Source: the human T2T-CHM13v2.0 reference genome, Homo sapiens
Direction: 5' to 3' (one strand)
Length of the DNA: 64,000 nucleotides
NCBI RefSeq assembly: GCF_009914755.1
Contig: NC_060943.1
Both the position numbers and the translations under genes were made by a program. How positions within the stretch are numbered: the stretch's first letter is position 1; the number at the start of each line of letters is the position of its first letter. Below the pieces are notes generated by a model. It saw only the letters and a list, made by a program, of their open reading frames with translations. It was not told the origin of the DNA and searched no databases. This document shows positions 15,272 to 39,038 of this stretch, in pieces.

Positions 15272-18200
15272 TCATGGGAAAAACACGGTGGGAGATGATT
15301 CAGTTATGGGAGTGGGTCTTCCCTGCGCTGTTCTCGTGATAGTGAATGAACTTCAGAATATATAATGGTTGTAACAACGGGAGGTTTCCTGCACAAGCTC
15401 TCTCTTTGCCTGCCACTATCTATGTAAAATGTGACTTGCTTCTCCTTGTCTTTTGCCATGATTGTGAGGCCTCCTCAGCCACGTAGAACTGTAAGTCCAT
15501 TAAATCTCTTTCTCTTCCCAGTCTCAGGTATGTCTTTATCAGCAGCATGAGAACAGACTAATAAAACTAGCAACTGAATAAAGGTTGAATTATGCATCAT
15601 ATGGTAGGTAAATAAATGTGTGCAAAAAAAACTTGGGCTTTATTTCGGCCATGTTCTTTATATTGTTGTGACTTTTGGTGTTTTCACCTGAAGGAATATT
15701 TATGAACAGAAGGGTTGTTATGATTATTTGTATTTCTTTTACCTTACTAAAAATACATATTCATCTTTTAATAAAATTATCCGCGGAAACCTTAAATGAC
15801 TTGTTTAAATGGCTTATTAGTATATGATATAAAATTGACAGGGAAGTGACTATAAAAGGTTTAAATTACACAAACTCTGAGATTTAAATTTCTCTTAGGT
15901 AAGCTTAGGAAAAACAAAACTGGAAATATCCCCATTGGCATACAGAACCAAATTCTAGCTAGGGTCCACTCCCTGCCCCAGTTCTGTTCAGATTTACCCC
16001 TTTTGAAGGCCTTATTTAAGTCTGGCCCTACCCTGGAGTCTCATCTCACAGAACTGATTAGAAAAGATCAGTTTTGGGTGATGAATCCTGTTCCATTTTT
16101 AGAGCTGGTGCTCACAATTTTCTGAAACAGAAAAGCAGATAAATGAGAAATATAAAGTATGAATTTTAGGGTCTTTTTAAAATTATTAAAACCAGTGCTT
16201 GCAGAGACATTTTATTTAGCAACTTGTTTTCCATTCCTGCAGATCTACTCGTTGCTCCCCAAGCCACAAGAAGTAAATATAAAAACAATAAAAATTTCTG
16301 TAAATTATATTAAACTCTTCATTTCTCTATTCCTCTCATCTGTTTATGTTTAGTTTTTATTCTACACATTTTTTTAAAAGGTCAATGACAGAGAAACAGA
16401 AAAAAATATGGATCATTTTTCTAAATACTGGGAATTATTGAACACTTAGTATCAACACACAGGGTGTTATTAAGATTAAATCCTGTAATGTGCTATCACA
16501 GTGCCCTGTAGCATCTTATTGAGCTTGTAGTACCTGAATAATAAACATTGCATTACTGCATGTGTATATGTTGTTTTCTAAATGCAGACTTAAACGTTGC
16601 TTTCTAAATACAAAAACAAAAAACAAACAAAAAACATTGTTGCTTTCTGTTTCTTCTGTAAACTTTAAAAAAGCCAGCAAAGATTATAATACTTTAAGGT
16701 GGAGATTGATTGTCTTTATTTGTACCAAAAGTGTTTGTATTGTCACAAGAGTGCTGAGTGTAATGAACTCTGTGCTGTGCCTGCTTGCTCTAACTAATGC
16801 TAATAATGACCCCAGGTGGAGAAACATCAGCATTGATAGGAAACTTGTTTATAACACCCATTCCTGTATCCTTTCAAAACCTGCAGAATCACATTTCATA
16901 GAGTAGGGCCAAAATTACCAAGTGATTTATAAGCTGTTAAAGCTGGAGAGGCAATGCTTAGTTAAATGGTTATAAGCCCAGGCTTCTAATTAGAATCATG
17001 TGACTCTAAGTTGAGGCCAGAATCAAGTATGAGGGTTCAAGATACATTTATGATAGTTAAGTCTCATCTTTGCACTAAAGGGTGGTCCCAGAACCTGTTC
17101 TGTTTGGGTTGCATAGGAACAGGGCAGTGTGGCCCACGTTTTTCTTAACTGTAGCAGAAATTGCTGGTGTCTGTGGCAGGGGAGGGCACCTGAGGACAGG
17201 AAAGGAGAAACATATTTTTACATCTGTGGAGCAGCTTATTGTTCCTCAGTCTCTTCTGTTATAAAGGACAGAAATGGGTAGAGTTTTTCTGTATTGGTCC
17301 TTCTACCTATGAGTGTGGTGGTAGCAGGTAAAGATGTGGTGCTTACATTGTTAAGGCATATTCTCCAGATGCAGATGTAATTTGTTTCAAAAATCTCATC
17401 TGAGAAGAAATTCCAGAGAAAGACGAGAAGAGAAAAAATGGCTTTTTTTCAGCTAAACATGCCTTGGAGTAAGGGTTGTGTCCACTCTGCCTGCTAGAAT
17501 GCCATGCCTTTAGTACTTGCCAAACTTTAATTCTCTACTTGTGCTTTTCCTCTTAAATGAGTTTGTTGTAACTACGTTTTAAAATTCTTATAATAGTCAA
17601 GGATCTCAGAGAAATATTTCTTTCCTATGTACCAGAGCCTTCTCTACATTCTCTACATCATGGCTTCTTATATGCCATGATTCTCACCATGAATTTATAA
17701 TCTGCAATATTAAAAATGTTCCCTTTGTGGCTGTTGAACATGGGAAGGTGTGGATGCTCAAGATTCCTATTGGGGAAACGCCAGGGTTCTTAGTAAAAAT
17801 AAAGACCATGTAATGTTGAGGTTCTGTCTGTGTTCTCCATCAGCTCTATGTAGAGAAGGATTAAGAAAATGCTTATTTAAACAGGGTGGCATTTATTACC
17901 CAGTAAGTTCTGAAAAAAATTATTAGGAGATACTTGTTCTCCATGGTGCTAAAGAAAGACTATTTAAAATAACTATTAACTATTAACAATTATAGAACAT
18001 GGGAAATATCTGTATTTTGAACTTTGCATAAAACTGATGTTTCTTTGTAGTTAAATTCAGGCTGTAATTTACTTTTGGAGGGCCACTATTACAACAGTGA
18101 TGCTGTGTCCTGTGTGCATCAGCACATCATAAAAATTTGCCTTAGTCCAGTTGATATTAGTAACTCACTTGATTAATGAAGCTGACAGATTTCTTCAATA

Positions 18201-18410
18201 TGGAGTTAATTATTTTTCTCTTCATTAGTAGTTTCTTTATGCAGCTGATGTGCAGAAACCATCACATTTAATCTGGCAGCTGCCCTTCTTATGTTTTCTT
18301 TGCCTTTATCTGCCTATGGAAAATGAAAGCTCTAATGTTTGTTACAGGCCAGAAAAACTGGAAAAAAAAGACTACAGGCTCTTCCAGTTACTCCATATTT
18401 GACAAAATAG

Positions 18411-18833
<423 letters not shown>

Positions 18834-19173
18834 TAGACATTACAATTTGAGCAGTACCTTCTAACTCAATGTGACTTTTCCATCTGAAAAGTTTACACAA
18901 CTCTTTCTGTATGATGTAAATATACCACTCAAAAATGTACATGTTAGTGTTCATGTCTTCATCATCTGGAAAAGTATCATATAAATACTGATATTTTGGA
19001 TCTTATGCCAATCTCTTTTCTCAGAGTTAGAGTATATTTTCACAGAGTAGAGAATATTTCTGTGTTGAAGGTTATTAGATAATTTCAGTCACCCCTATAA
19101 GTAAGACCCAATTATATTTACTCTTATTTCACCTTGAGTGAAACTTAAAATTCTGCCCAGGGGCACTTGGTAA

Positions 19174-19443
<270 letters not shown>

Positions 19444-19463
19444 TAAGTCCTCAGGATTTGTCC

Positions 19464-20339
19464 CCTGCCCCTCTGCCCGGCCAGCCGCCCCGTCCGGGAG
19501 GGAGGTGGGGGGGTCAGCCCCCCGCCCGGCCAGCCGCCCAGTCCGGGAGGGAGGCGGAGGGGGGTCGGCCAGCCGCCCTGTCCGGGAGGGAGGTGGGGGG
19601 GCCAGCCCCCCGCCCGGCCGGCCGCCCCGTCCGGGAGGTGAGGGGCGCCTCTGCCCGGCCGCCCCTACTGGGAAGTGAGGACCCCTCTGCCTGGCCAGCC
19701 GCCCCGTCCTGGAGGGTGGGGGGGGGGTCAGCCCCCCGCCCGGCCAGCCGCCCCATCCAGGAGGTGAGGGGCGCTTCTGCCCGGCCGCCCCTACTGGGAA
19801 GTGAGGAGCCCCTCTGCCCGGCCACGACCCCGTCTGGGAGGTGTGCCCAGCGGCTCATTGGGGATGGGCCATGATGACAATGGCGGTTTTGTGGAATAGA
19901 AAGGCGGGAAGAGTGGGGAAAAAATTGAGAAATCGGATGGTTGCCGGGTCTGTGTGGATAGAAGTAGACATGGGAGACTTTTCATTTTGTTCTGTACTAA
20001 GAAAAATTCTTCTGCCTTGGGATCCTGTTGATCTGTGACCTTATCCCCAACCCTGTGCTCTCTGAAACATGTGCTGTGTCCACTCAGGGTTAAATGGATT
20101 AAGGGCGGTGCAAGATGTGCTTTGTTAAACAGATGCTTGAAGGCAGCATGCTCGTTAAGAGTCATCACCACTCCCTAATCTTAAGTACCCAGGGACACAA
20201 ACACTGTGGAAGGCCGCAGGGTCCTCTGCCTAGGAAAACCAGAGACCTTTGTTCACTTGTTTATCTACTGACCTTCCCTCCACTATTGTCCTATGACCCT
20301 GCCAAATCCCCCTCTGCGAGAAACACCCAAGAATGATCA

Positions 20340-20374
<35 letters not shown>
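19464..20374 (+). mobile_element. 5'-truncated young SVA (SVA_E/F-like) in ZNF730 intron 2, sense orientation
   Basis: GC-rich VNTR, SINE-R, gatcAATAAA at 20338, pure A-tail of ~35 nt, perfect 19-bp TSD aagtcctcaggatttgtcc (19445-19463; 20375-20393). Confidence 0.95.
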
Positions 20375-20380
<6 letters not shown>

Positions 20381-20604
20381 TCAGGATTTGTCCATGTAGA
20401 AAAGAATTTCAAGATGTTTTATTTTGACCTGAACTTTCCACTTTCCTGAGCTGATTTGTTTCCTTCACTCTAGATTAGGATTAATTTTAGAAATTTAGTT
20501 GCAACATATTGTTGCTCACATCTTAAAATTTAATCACCATCACCAATTTTTGAATTAGTACAAAGTAGTTAAATTAAGAACCTATAAAATTAAAATATTT
20601 TTAA

Positions 20605-20926
<322 letters not shown>

Positions 20927-21021
20927 CTATTTAGAAAATTTTTATAAATTATTATTTTGGGGTTAATTTACTAGAATATTCCATTACATTCTCTTTACTG
21001 AGAGCATTACTAAGTTGGTAA

Positions 21022-21165
<144 letters not shown>

Positions 21166-21512
21166 TGACAGTAAATACAATACACAAAACTGATAAGAGA
21201 TCTATAGTTTAAAAAAAGAAAAAAAACCAGTTTTTAAAATAATTTGGGAAGCTGTTTTACAAAGGAAATAGTTTCTGTTTCTTTTTATTTATTTTGCTTT
21301 TTATTTATTTTTTTTCCTCTCACATAGAAGCATCTTTTGTTTTATCTTTTTTAAAATCTCTAAAAATTCTTTCCCTTTGGTAATCTTACTTTACAGTGAG
21401 AGCCAAAGTCCATTTCATGGCATATAATAGACTGCACAATCTCACTGCTTTTCCATTGTTTCTGGAAACACACAGATATTTGAATAATTTTGAGAAACTC
21501 TATGTTGAACTA

Positions 21513-21686
<174 letters not shown>

Positions 21687-22005
21687 AATTAAACTATTTT
21701 TTAAGTTATCTTTTTGCATTATGTCTGAAATGTGTGAGAATAGTGGTTTCTGTTTCATTTATTTATTGCTAATTTTTCTGCATATTCCATGCCGTTTTAT
21801 TACTATAGTTTTGAAATATAGTTTGAAATTATACAGTATGATGTCCTCCTGCTTTTTTTTTTTTCTTTCAGGATTGCTTTGGCTATTCAAAGTTTATTGT
21901 AGTTTCATGTAAATTTTGGAATTGTATTTTCTATTACCTTAAATAACTGGAATTCTGATGGGAGTTTATTGAATCTAGAGACACCTTAGATAACAAGGCA
22001 TTTTA

Positions 22006-22358
<353 letters not shown>

Positions 22359-24252
22359 TTAAATTTATTTGTGTCTTCTCTAATTTTTTTAATTGATATA
22401 TCTTTCATTTAAAATATTTTTTAGTTCCTTGGTTAAATTTGTTCTCAGAAATTTATTTTAGTGCTATTGTAAATAAGGTTACTTTCTTTCTATATTTTAT
22501 CAGATAGTTTAAGTGTATGGAACCATAACGTATAGTTGTATGTTAATTTTCTATTTGCTAATGTATTGAGTATAATTATTACTTTAATCAGGTTTTAATG
22601 TACTGTTTATGGTTTTTTATATATAAAGTCAAATGCTCCAGAACCAGCAGCTTCTTACTTGTCTTCAATGTCAGTGACTTTAAAAATTTATTTTGACTAA
22701 TTTTTCTGCCACGTACCTTCAGTGCTATGTTTAAGTAGAAGCATTGAGAATGGGCACAATATAGTTTTGCTTTGTTCTCTGTGAATTTTAAGAAGCAAAC
22801 ACCTCTTCAGGTTTTTATAAACTGGCTTCAAGATGTAAAGATATTCTTTTGTTGGGTGCCCAGGGTGATAGAATGCCCTCTGGGCTTATAGTGGAGAGGG
22901 GTTGTAGCTTGGTAACAAGGCTGCTGGGTCTTCACTGGGGTCCAACTTTAGTTGACTTGTTACAAGGGGCTTGGGTAGTTATAATTCCCATTATATTTTT
23001 GGGCAGAGTGAATATCCTTTAGGACTTTGCTCTGTAGGGTAGACACTAGGGCAGGTTTCTGCAATTGGTTGTGCATATATGGTGGGCTTTATATCAAAAT
23101 GTAGATGAAAATGGCTTTCACTGGGTACCAGAAAGGATTTCCCCAGGTCTCTGTGTGGGTTTCCATGTAGGTAGAGCTGACCATGAACTGTGGCTCAAAG
23201 AGCTGGAACTGAGTCATGCAAGTGCTTCGGGGAAGACAATAAGGACCAAGGTCTGCAGTCTTGTCTGTGTGGCTATAAATGAGTGTCTTTCTCCAGGCCT
23301 CTGAAAAGGCAGGACCTCTTCCAGACTTTGGCTGGGAAGAGTTTTGGATGGTTTCAGAGTAAGTTCAAAATTCTCAGTGGGACCAAGTTGGGTGGATAAT
23401 TTTCTGGTCTGTAGCCAAGAACAGGGGTCCTGTTGTTTGCCACCTGAATGAAAGCCTGCCTTCTAAAAAGGATGCTCCTCAATCTTGGGCATTAGCAGAG
23501 TTTCACAACTTCCTTCCTGAATCTCAGAGCTCTCTTAAAGGCACTTATTTTGGAGATGGGGTCTTGTTACATAACCCAGACTAGTCTTGAAATCTTTGCC
23601 TGAAGCAATTCTTCAGCCTTAATGTACCATGTAGCTGTCATTACAGGTTTGAGCCATGATGCCTGTTTCTCTCATAAAGGCATTTTTTTTCAGGGATTGC
23701 TGACAGATTTTCTTGCTGTAGGAAAATAAGCAAATAGGGCACCTTTTATTTTTCCATCTTACTGATGTCACTCTCCCTGTACATTTTTACTTTCTATTTC
23801 AATTTTGTGTGTAATTTTAGATTGAAACATTTAGGGAAATATACTAGAATTGACATGTTATGTCTGAAGTAAATTAGATAATTAGTAGGCAGGCAGGCAA
23901 AAAGAAATAGACAGGCAAAATGGAATTATAGGATTTTCACCCATGTTTGTCAGCCTATGTCTAAAAAATAACATGATTTATTCTCAAATATTTGGTTTAT
24001 ATATCAGAGATCCTAACTATATTCTGCAAAAAATATATTTTTTTTTCTTTATTTAGCATTGTAAAGCTATTCTTTGCTTCTAAGCTTGGATTACAGCAGT
24101 TTCATTTTGTGTATAAATAGCATATATTTAAAACTTAAAAATTATTTTTAGTTTCTTTTAAATGTTTATCAAAAGTTTTTCATAGAATCTTCTATTTATA
24201 ATTATACTGCATTTTATCTGAAATTTTACTACCATATAGTGGATGCCAGTGA

Positions 24253-24741
<489 letters not shown>

Positions 24742-25133
24742 TAATATCAGTTTATTGTGTTTGCTGGTTTTACAGTTTTAGGCGGTTTGCAACTCTGTTT
24801 GTACATATAAGTCAATGTGGGATATAATTAAGAGATAAATCAGCCATATGTTTATCACAATCAGATTATGTGTGTGTGTGTGTGTGTATGTGTGTATCTA
24901 TAAATATGACCCCTACTTTGGTTATGGCACATCTTATATATTTTTTTTTCTCAGCAGATTTTCCATGGTGTTTTTTTCTTGTGTAAGTGAGTAGTCATGA
25001 AAGTAGTTTTATTTTCACCTTGTGTTTAATAATAAATATTTCCTTTGAGAAAAACACTTTTGTGACTTGAAGGTCATATTTGAAAAAATTTATAATTTTG
25101 TATCTTTTAATTTATTCTTTTTAAAAAATAGAT

Positions 25134-26343
<1,210 letters not shown>

Positions 26344-26825
26344 TGTAATCTGTAGATTGCATTGAGCAGGATAGACACATTTACAATATTAACTATTTCA
26401 ACCTTTCTACAAGAGCACAATCAAGAGTGTGTTAATTTTTATATATTTGTGAATTTTTTTAGTTTTTTTCTCATTATTTATAGTCTCATTCCATTTTGGT
26501 CATATAAAGTAATTTATACAATTTTAGTTTTAAAAAATTTGGTAAGACTTTTTTTTTGGCCTAGGATGTTGTCTATGAAGGAAAATGTTCTATGAGCTAT
26601 TGATAAAAGTGTGTATCCTAAGGTTATTGATGGGTGCCCTCTATACCTTTGTTAGGAATAATTGTTTTATACTGCCTTCAAGTTGTCTGTTTTCTTACTA
26701 ATATTCTGTCTTGTTTTATTTTTATTACAGAAAGTGCAATATTAAAGTATACAATAATTATATTGCTCTCTATGTGTTTCTTTTATTCTGTCGATATTTG
26801 CTTTATATGTTTAGAGCCCTAATGT

Positions 26826-26900
26826 GAGAGATATATATACTCACACATACACACACAGAAACAAACACACACACATACACAGAAACACACGTGTATATAC
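26826..26900. repeat. Imperfect (TA)n/(CA)n microsatellite
   Basis: atatatatactcacacatacacacacacagaaacaaacacacacaca. Confidence 0.8.
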
Positions 26901-27204
26901 AAATGTTTCATAGGTTCCCAGTGAATAAATCTATAATTTTTTGAGGTCCTATTTTGTCTCTTTAGAGTTTTGACTTCAAGTACATTTTATAAAACATGAT
27001 AGTTTTTAACTTAAGATGTAGTTGCATAATATTATTTTGACCTCTTCTGCTCTCATTTGATTAATATTTGCATGAAGCATCTACTTCCATCTTCCCACTT
27101 TCAGTCTGTTTTTATCATTAGATCTCAAGTGACTTGTAGAAAGGCAAGTTGGATCTTGGTTTTTAAAATGTTTAATAAATCTATTTATTGAAAGTATGTC
27201 TCTT

Positions 27205-27535
<331 letters not shown>

Positions 27536-27765
27536 TCATATATATTTTTAAATAATTTTATGAAAGAGAAAGACTTACTGTTATTTTATTATTTTGATTC
27601 TTGCATTTTTGTCCCTCATTTTCTCTTTTTGTCTTTCTTTGTGTCTTTTTGATTTTTGTATTGATATGGTTTTACTAATTTCTTATTCTCTTTGTGTATC
27701 TATACAGATATTTTCTTTGTGGTACCTTGGGGATTACATAAAACCTCTTAAAAAAAACAAGAGTA

Positions 27766-28064
27766 GCCAGGCGTGGTGGCTCACGCCTATAATCCTAGCA
27801 CTTTGGGAGGCCGAGGCAGATGGATCATGAGGTCAGGAGATCGAGGCCATCCTGGCTAACACGGTGAAACCCTGTCTCTACTAAAAACACAAAAAATTAG
27901 CCGGGCGTGGTGGCAGGCACCTGTAGCCCCAGCTACTCAGGAGTCTGAGGCAGGAGAATGGTGTGAACCCCGGGAGGCGGAGCTTGCAGTGAGCCGAAAT
28001 AGTGCCACTGCACTCCAGCCTGGGGGACAGAGCGAGACTCCGTCTCAAAAAAGAAAAAAAAAAA
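27766..28064 (+). mobile_element. AluY
   Basis: Y diagnostics, A-tail. Confidence 0.92.
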
Positions 28065-29220
28065 CAATATATTTTTGGTTTGGTAAAAAATTAACTTCAA
28101 CTGAATAAAAAATTCTTCCTTATTACATCTGCCTTGAAATTTGTCATTGATGTTGCTACCATCTTTTTATGTTGTATATTTATTAACAAATGTTTATAAT
28201 AATTGCTATGCTTTTATCTTTCAAATTTTAGAGAATAATTTAAAATGTTTTCTGCACCATTATGATAATGCTACAAAAATCCTTTTTTTATGTATGTGCA
28301 TATTTTTCTCAGAACATAATTTGTTTTTGTTTGATTATATGGTATTTTCTTGAATCCTTTTATTTTCCGTTTCAGGAACTGCTTTCAGCATCTTTTATAT
28401 GTTTGTGAAGTTTTATAAGTATATGCAGTGCCAATATACTTTTTCAGAATTTGGCTATTTTGGAACATCATTTTTTCATTTTTCAGGACAGATTTGCTGA
28501 TGGTGTTACTCTCACTTGAAAGCTATTTTTTTTCCCAGGACTTTGACTGCATCACACAGTTTCTTTCCGGCCTACAAAATTTTTGTTGACAATTCACTGG
28601 TTATATCGTAAGACTATGTTTGTATATGACACATCACTTTTATCTTGTAGCTCCCAAGATGCTCTGTGACTTTTGAAATTGTGCTTATATATGTATTTGT
28701 TATAAATATTTTGTATGTATTCTAGTTTGTTTGTTAAGCTTCTTCATGTTTACATTATTTTTCTTACTGAGGGATTTTTCAGGTATTATTTCTTCTTGTA
28801 TTTTTTACCCCCATAATTTCTATTTTTTAATTTTTTCAATATTTTTGTTCTTATCTTCATTTCTGATTTTCTGTAGTCTGTGTTCCTGTTTCACTCATTG
28901 AATATTCAATTTTTTATCAATTTTTAAAATTAATGTGTACATCTTTTCTATGGTTTCCTTCTGAAAATTTTATAATATTTTTGATGGAATTATATTGCCC
29001 TGTTTTGTATATATTGTAATCTTTAATTGAGATTTGGACATTAAAAAAATCTACCTGTCACAATCTTTATAATGTAGTTCTGTCCTGACATAGTCTAAAA
29101 GCAATCGTTTTGGCTAGACATTCTGGGAGTCTCTCACACATGTTCTTAAAATGTGTCTTGTCTAAAATTTTGTGTTTGCTTTTAGTTAAAGGAGTTTGTG
29201 TTTCTTCTTAAAAATCAGTA

Positions 29221-29529
29221 GGCCAGTTGTGGTGGCTCATGTCTGTAATCCCAGCACTTTGAGAGGCTGAGGTGGACATATCACAAGGTCAAGAGATCGA
29301 GACCATCCTAGTCAACATGGTGAAATCCCATCTCTACTAAAAATACAAAAAATTAGCTGGGCGTGGTGGCATGTGCCTGTAGTCCCACCTACTTGGGAGG
29401 CTGAGTCAGGAGAATCGCCTGAACCTGGGAGGCAGAGGTTTCAGTGAGCTGAGATTGCACCACCGCACTCCAGCCTGGGTGACAGAGCAAGACTCTTGTC
29501 TCAAAAAAAAAAAAAAAAAAAAAAAAAAA
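29221..29529 (+). mobile_element. AluS (Sc-like)
   Basis: Alu consensus; TSD aaaaat(c/t)agta. Confidence 0.9.
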
Positions 29530-30019
29530 TTAGTAATCACTTGCTACATTTGTTCTCTGTCTGTGATACCACAGTCTCTCTGATGCTGTAAAACTTATTT
29601 TTTTGTCTCAGCAGGCTCAAATTGTCATTTTAAAGTATGCCACCATTTCTTTCAGAACTTTTTGTCATAAGAGATAGAAACCAGTGTCTAGAAAAGCCCC
29701 TATAAACCAGAAATAAAGATGTATATGCCAGTATTTTAACTTGTCTTTTAAAAAGGAAACCAAGAGTTGGTAATTTACTTGTAAAGTCACTATGTTACAA
29801 TGGAGGGGAGGAAGAGCTGTGTTGGGTAAAATGTAACAGACTTTCTTTTTTCCTCTATATAGCTCTTTGCATTGTGTTCACCTGGGGCACTGTACACACT
29901 CAACTTACTTTTTTACAAATGTACTTTGGATTTTTGTTACATTTATATGTTTATGAAGAAATTAGGGCCTGTGGTATTTTGCTATGCTATCTTGTTATGT
30001 AGTTTGTATAACTTTATAG

Positions 30020-32060
<2,041 letters not shown>

Positions 32061-32848
32061 ATATAAGCCTTTAAACTTCAGAAGATGATTTATTTTGAAG
32101 ACAAACATTGAAATGTAGAGAGTTATAGTAACTTTACTTGTATCACAATCTTATTCTACTCATTTTGTACTAGAGGCAAACCCTGAAGCCATTGCTCAAA
32201 TTTTGTTCGACATCAGACAGATAATTTGTATTAATGAAAAACTCTCCAAATAAAATAGATTTGGAGAAAACATTTTTTTCAAAAACTACAGCTTAGGAAA
32301 CTTCAGAGAGTTTATACTAAAATATATTTTTGTGGATGCAATAAATAGAAAAAAAAATTTAATCCAAAATTAAGTTTAGGTAAGGCCAGGCACAGTGGCT
32401 CACACCTGTAATCCCAGTACCTTGGGATGCCAAGGCTTGCATTTCTGTAATAATAATTGACATTGATAATTTCTTAATGTATCTGTTGGTCATATGTATG
32501 TATTTTCTTGAAAAATATTTATGCCTCTTGCTCATTTGTAACAGTTATTTGTTGTTTGTTGTGTAGTCATTTAAGTTTCTGATGTATTTTTGATATTAAC
32601 CCCTTGACACATGTATGATTTACAAATATTTTGTTCCAATTTTTAGTTGACTTGTTGATTGTGTCAGATTCTGTGCAACAGCATTTTAATTTGTAGTAAT
32701 CTGACTCATTTGTTTTTCCTTTTCTTCCCTGGGATTTCGAGGTTAAATTTAAAAAGTCACTGCCCAACCAATGTTATGGGGCTTTTACTCTATTTTTTGT
32801 AGTAGTTTCCAGTTTTCAGGCCTTACATTTAAGTGATTTATTTTGAGT

Positions 32849-33157
32849 GGCCAGGCACGGTGCCTCAGCCTGTAAAGACTGTAATCCCAGCACCTTGGGA
32901 GGCCAAGGCAGGCAGATTACCTTAGGTCAGGAGCTCAAGACCAGCCTTGCCAACATGACGAAACCCCGTCTCTGCTAAAAATACAAAAATTAACTGGGCA
33001 TGGTGACACCCACCTGTAATCCCAGCTACTCAGGAGGTTGAGGCAGGAGAATCACATGAACCTGGGAGGCAGAGGTTGGAGTTAGCTGAGAAGGCACCAC
33101 TGCAGTCCAGCCTGGGCGACAGAGTGAGACTCTGTCTCAAATAATAATAATAATAAT
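32849..33157 (+). mobile_element. AluS
   Basis: Alu consensus with (AAT)n tail. Confidence 0.9.
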
Positions 33158-33443
33158 TTATTATGAGTTGGTTTTTATATATGACGTGAGATGATAGTCT
33201 GATTTTATTACTCTACTTGTGGCTATAACATTTTCTCAACACCATTTATTGAAGATACTGTCCTGTCTCTAAGAAATAGTCACCTTTATTTAAAATCAGT
33301 TAGCTGTAAGTAGATGGATATATTTCTGGTCTTTTTTTTTTTTTCCTGCTCCATTGCCCTATGTGTCTGTTTTTATTCAAGTACCATACTGTTTTTGTTA
33401 CTATAGCTTTATAGTATATTTCAAAGTCAGGTTGCATGATATC

Positions 33444-33475
<32 letters not shown>

Positions 33476-33516
33476 GCTTTATTTGGCTATTCAGGGTCTT
33501 TTGTATTACCATATAA

Positions 33517-33973
<457 letters not shown>

Positions 33974-34544
33974 TATTCATGTATTAATTTCTTACTTTAA
34001 TGTTCTTTAGAGTATAATGTAAGGTGTTTCAAATTTTTGGTTAAATTTATTTCAAAGTATAGTTATAGTTATTGAGATGGAATTGTTTTTTAATTCATTC
34101 TGAGATAGTTGTCAGTGAATAGAAATTCTGACTTTTGGATGTTGCTTTTGTATTCTGCAAGTTTAATAAATTTGTTTATTCTAATAGGTTTTAGTAAAGT
34201 CTTAGGCTTTTCTTATGATTATGCATAGAGATAAAATATTATATAGGAATAATTTAACTTTTTCTTCTCAACTGGATGCTTTTGATTGTATTCTTCAATA
34301 TGTCTTTCTTGGACATTTAGTACTATGTTTAGTAAGACTGAAGAAATGGCACATTGTTGACTTGTTTTAGATCTTAGAGTAAAATCTTACATTTCCTTGT
34401 TTAGTATGTAATTAGCTCTGCATTTTTTGTTATATGTGACATTTATTGGCTTGAGGTGCCTTTTTCCTATACCTAAATTTTTCAGAGATTTATCATGAGG
34501 AAATGTTGAATTTTGTCAAGCTTTTATTCTGCATCTATTTAATG

Positions 34545-37395
<2,851 letters not shown>

Positions 37396-38746
37396 ATGTT
37401 TTGTGGTATAATGACATATTATGTATCTTTAGCTCCAAGTTAATGGTTGGAATTAGCAGTGTAAGACAGAAGTATTTACCTCTTAAGGCATAGGGGTAAA
37501 TGTTTTTATACCAGGTCTCCTACATGTTGTAAGCTATCCTCTCTGAAAGCTCTTGGTCTATAGCCCAAGAAGTGTTTTATTCCCAAGTGTGCAGCTGAAA
37601 TAAATGACTGTATCCTTTTTTAATGTATTAACTGTAGACAAGAATATATAGTTAGTTACTCTTTTTGGGGATAAGTGGTATGTGGTTTAATCACTTTTAT
37701 TTTTAGAATGAATCATTTTTTTTTAATGTGAGGTTGTGGAAAATCATGTTAAATTACTGAATAAGGAAAATGAAACATTTTTCTTAAGCATAAAAGTCTT
37801 ATGGCCAAACCCCAAGAATGATGAAACAGAGAGTGTGGATTAAGACCACACTGCTGCAACAATTCTATCACAATCATTCTGGTAAAAACAAAATAATGGG
37901 TCAGAAGGAATTTTTAGAATACTTTTTTGATTCTATCACAGTGTTAAATTTTTATTTGTCTTTATTATTTGCTATATAGAAGTCTGTACTTCAGCAAAAG
38001 ATGCCATGAATTTCTAGTTAATGTGCTCACACATATTCTCCCTAGAAAGGTACTGCTGTGTTTACAATAAATGTGGAGCATTGATTATCTTCCTTGTGCT
38101 GCTATGTTTGTATAAAAAAAGACTTCAAGTCTGACTTTGCAAGTAAAGCAGAGTCAACCCTGACTTTTCTAGTTTCAACAGCCACAGCCTCTGAAATTTA
38201 GTATAATGTCAACTATGAATAATGATAGCATTTCAAAACTGAGAAAAAGAAATTGATAACTTTATATTTTTAGTTTATCATTTAGTTTATAAAAATTTAT
38301 AGTTTCTAAATTATATGTTAAATAACTTGAACATGCAGATACCTAAAAGATTCATTTAGATGATAGTATTAATATTTAATAGCTTATAATTGTGTATCAC
38401 ATTTGCTGCTTTGGGCTTCCTGGAAAGCAGTTATTTAGTTTCTAAATGTAAATAGAGAAAAGGCTTTCTATAATCCTAATCATACAGTTCTTTTAAGATT
38501 AGCACTATGTTTAGATTTGAATAAAATTCATAGGTTTGTAAGTAAGGTAAATGTTAATAGTTTTTTTCTAAAACCAACATTTTAAGTGACTGATCAGTAA
38601 TTTCAATCTATTTCATTTTATTAACTGAGAAGCCAAATTATTTAAGCAAAATAAGTATTCTTATATTACTCTTTCTAGAACTTTCAGAAACTAACTCAAT
38701 GGATGATAATGTACATAGAGACCACAAATATTCTATATAATAATAG

Positions 38747-39038
<292 letters not shown>

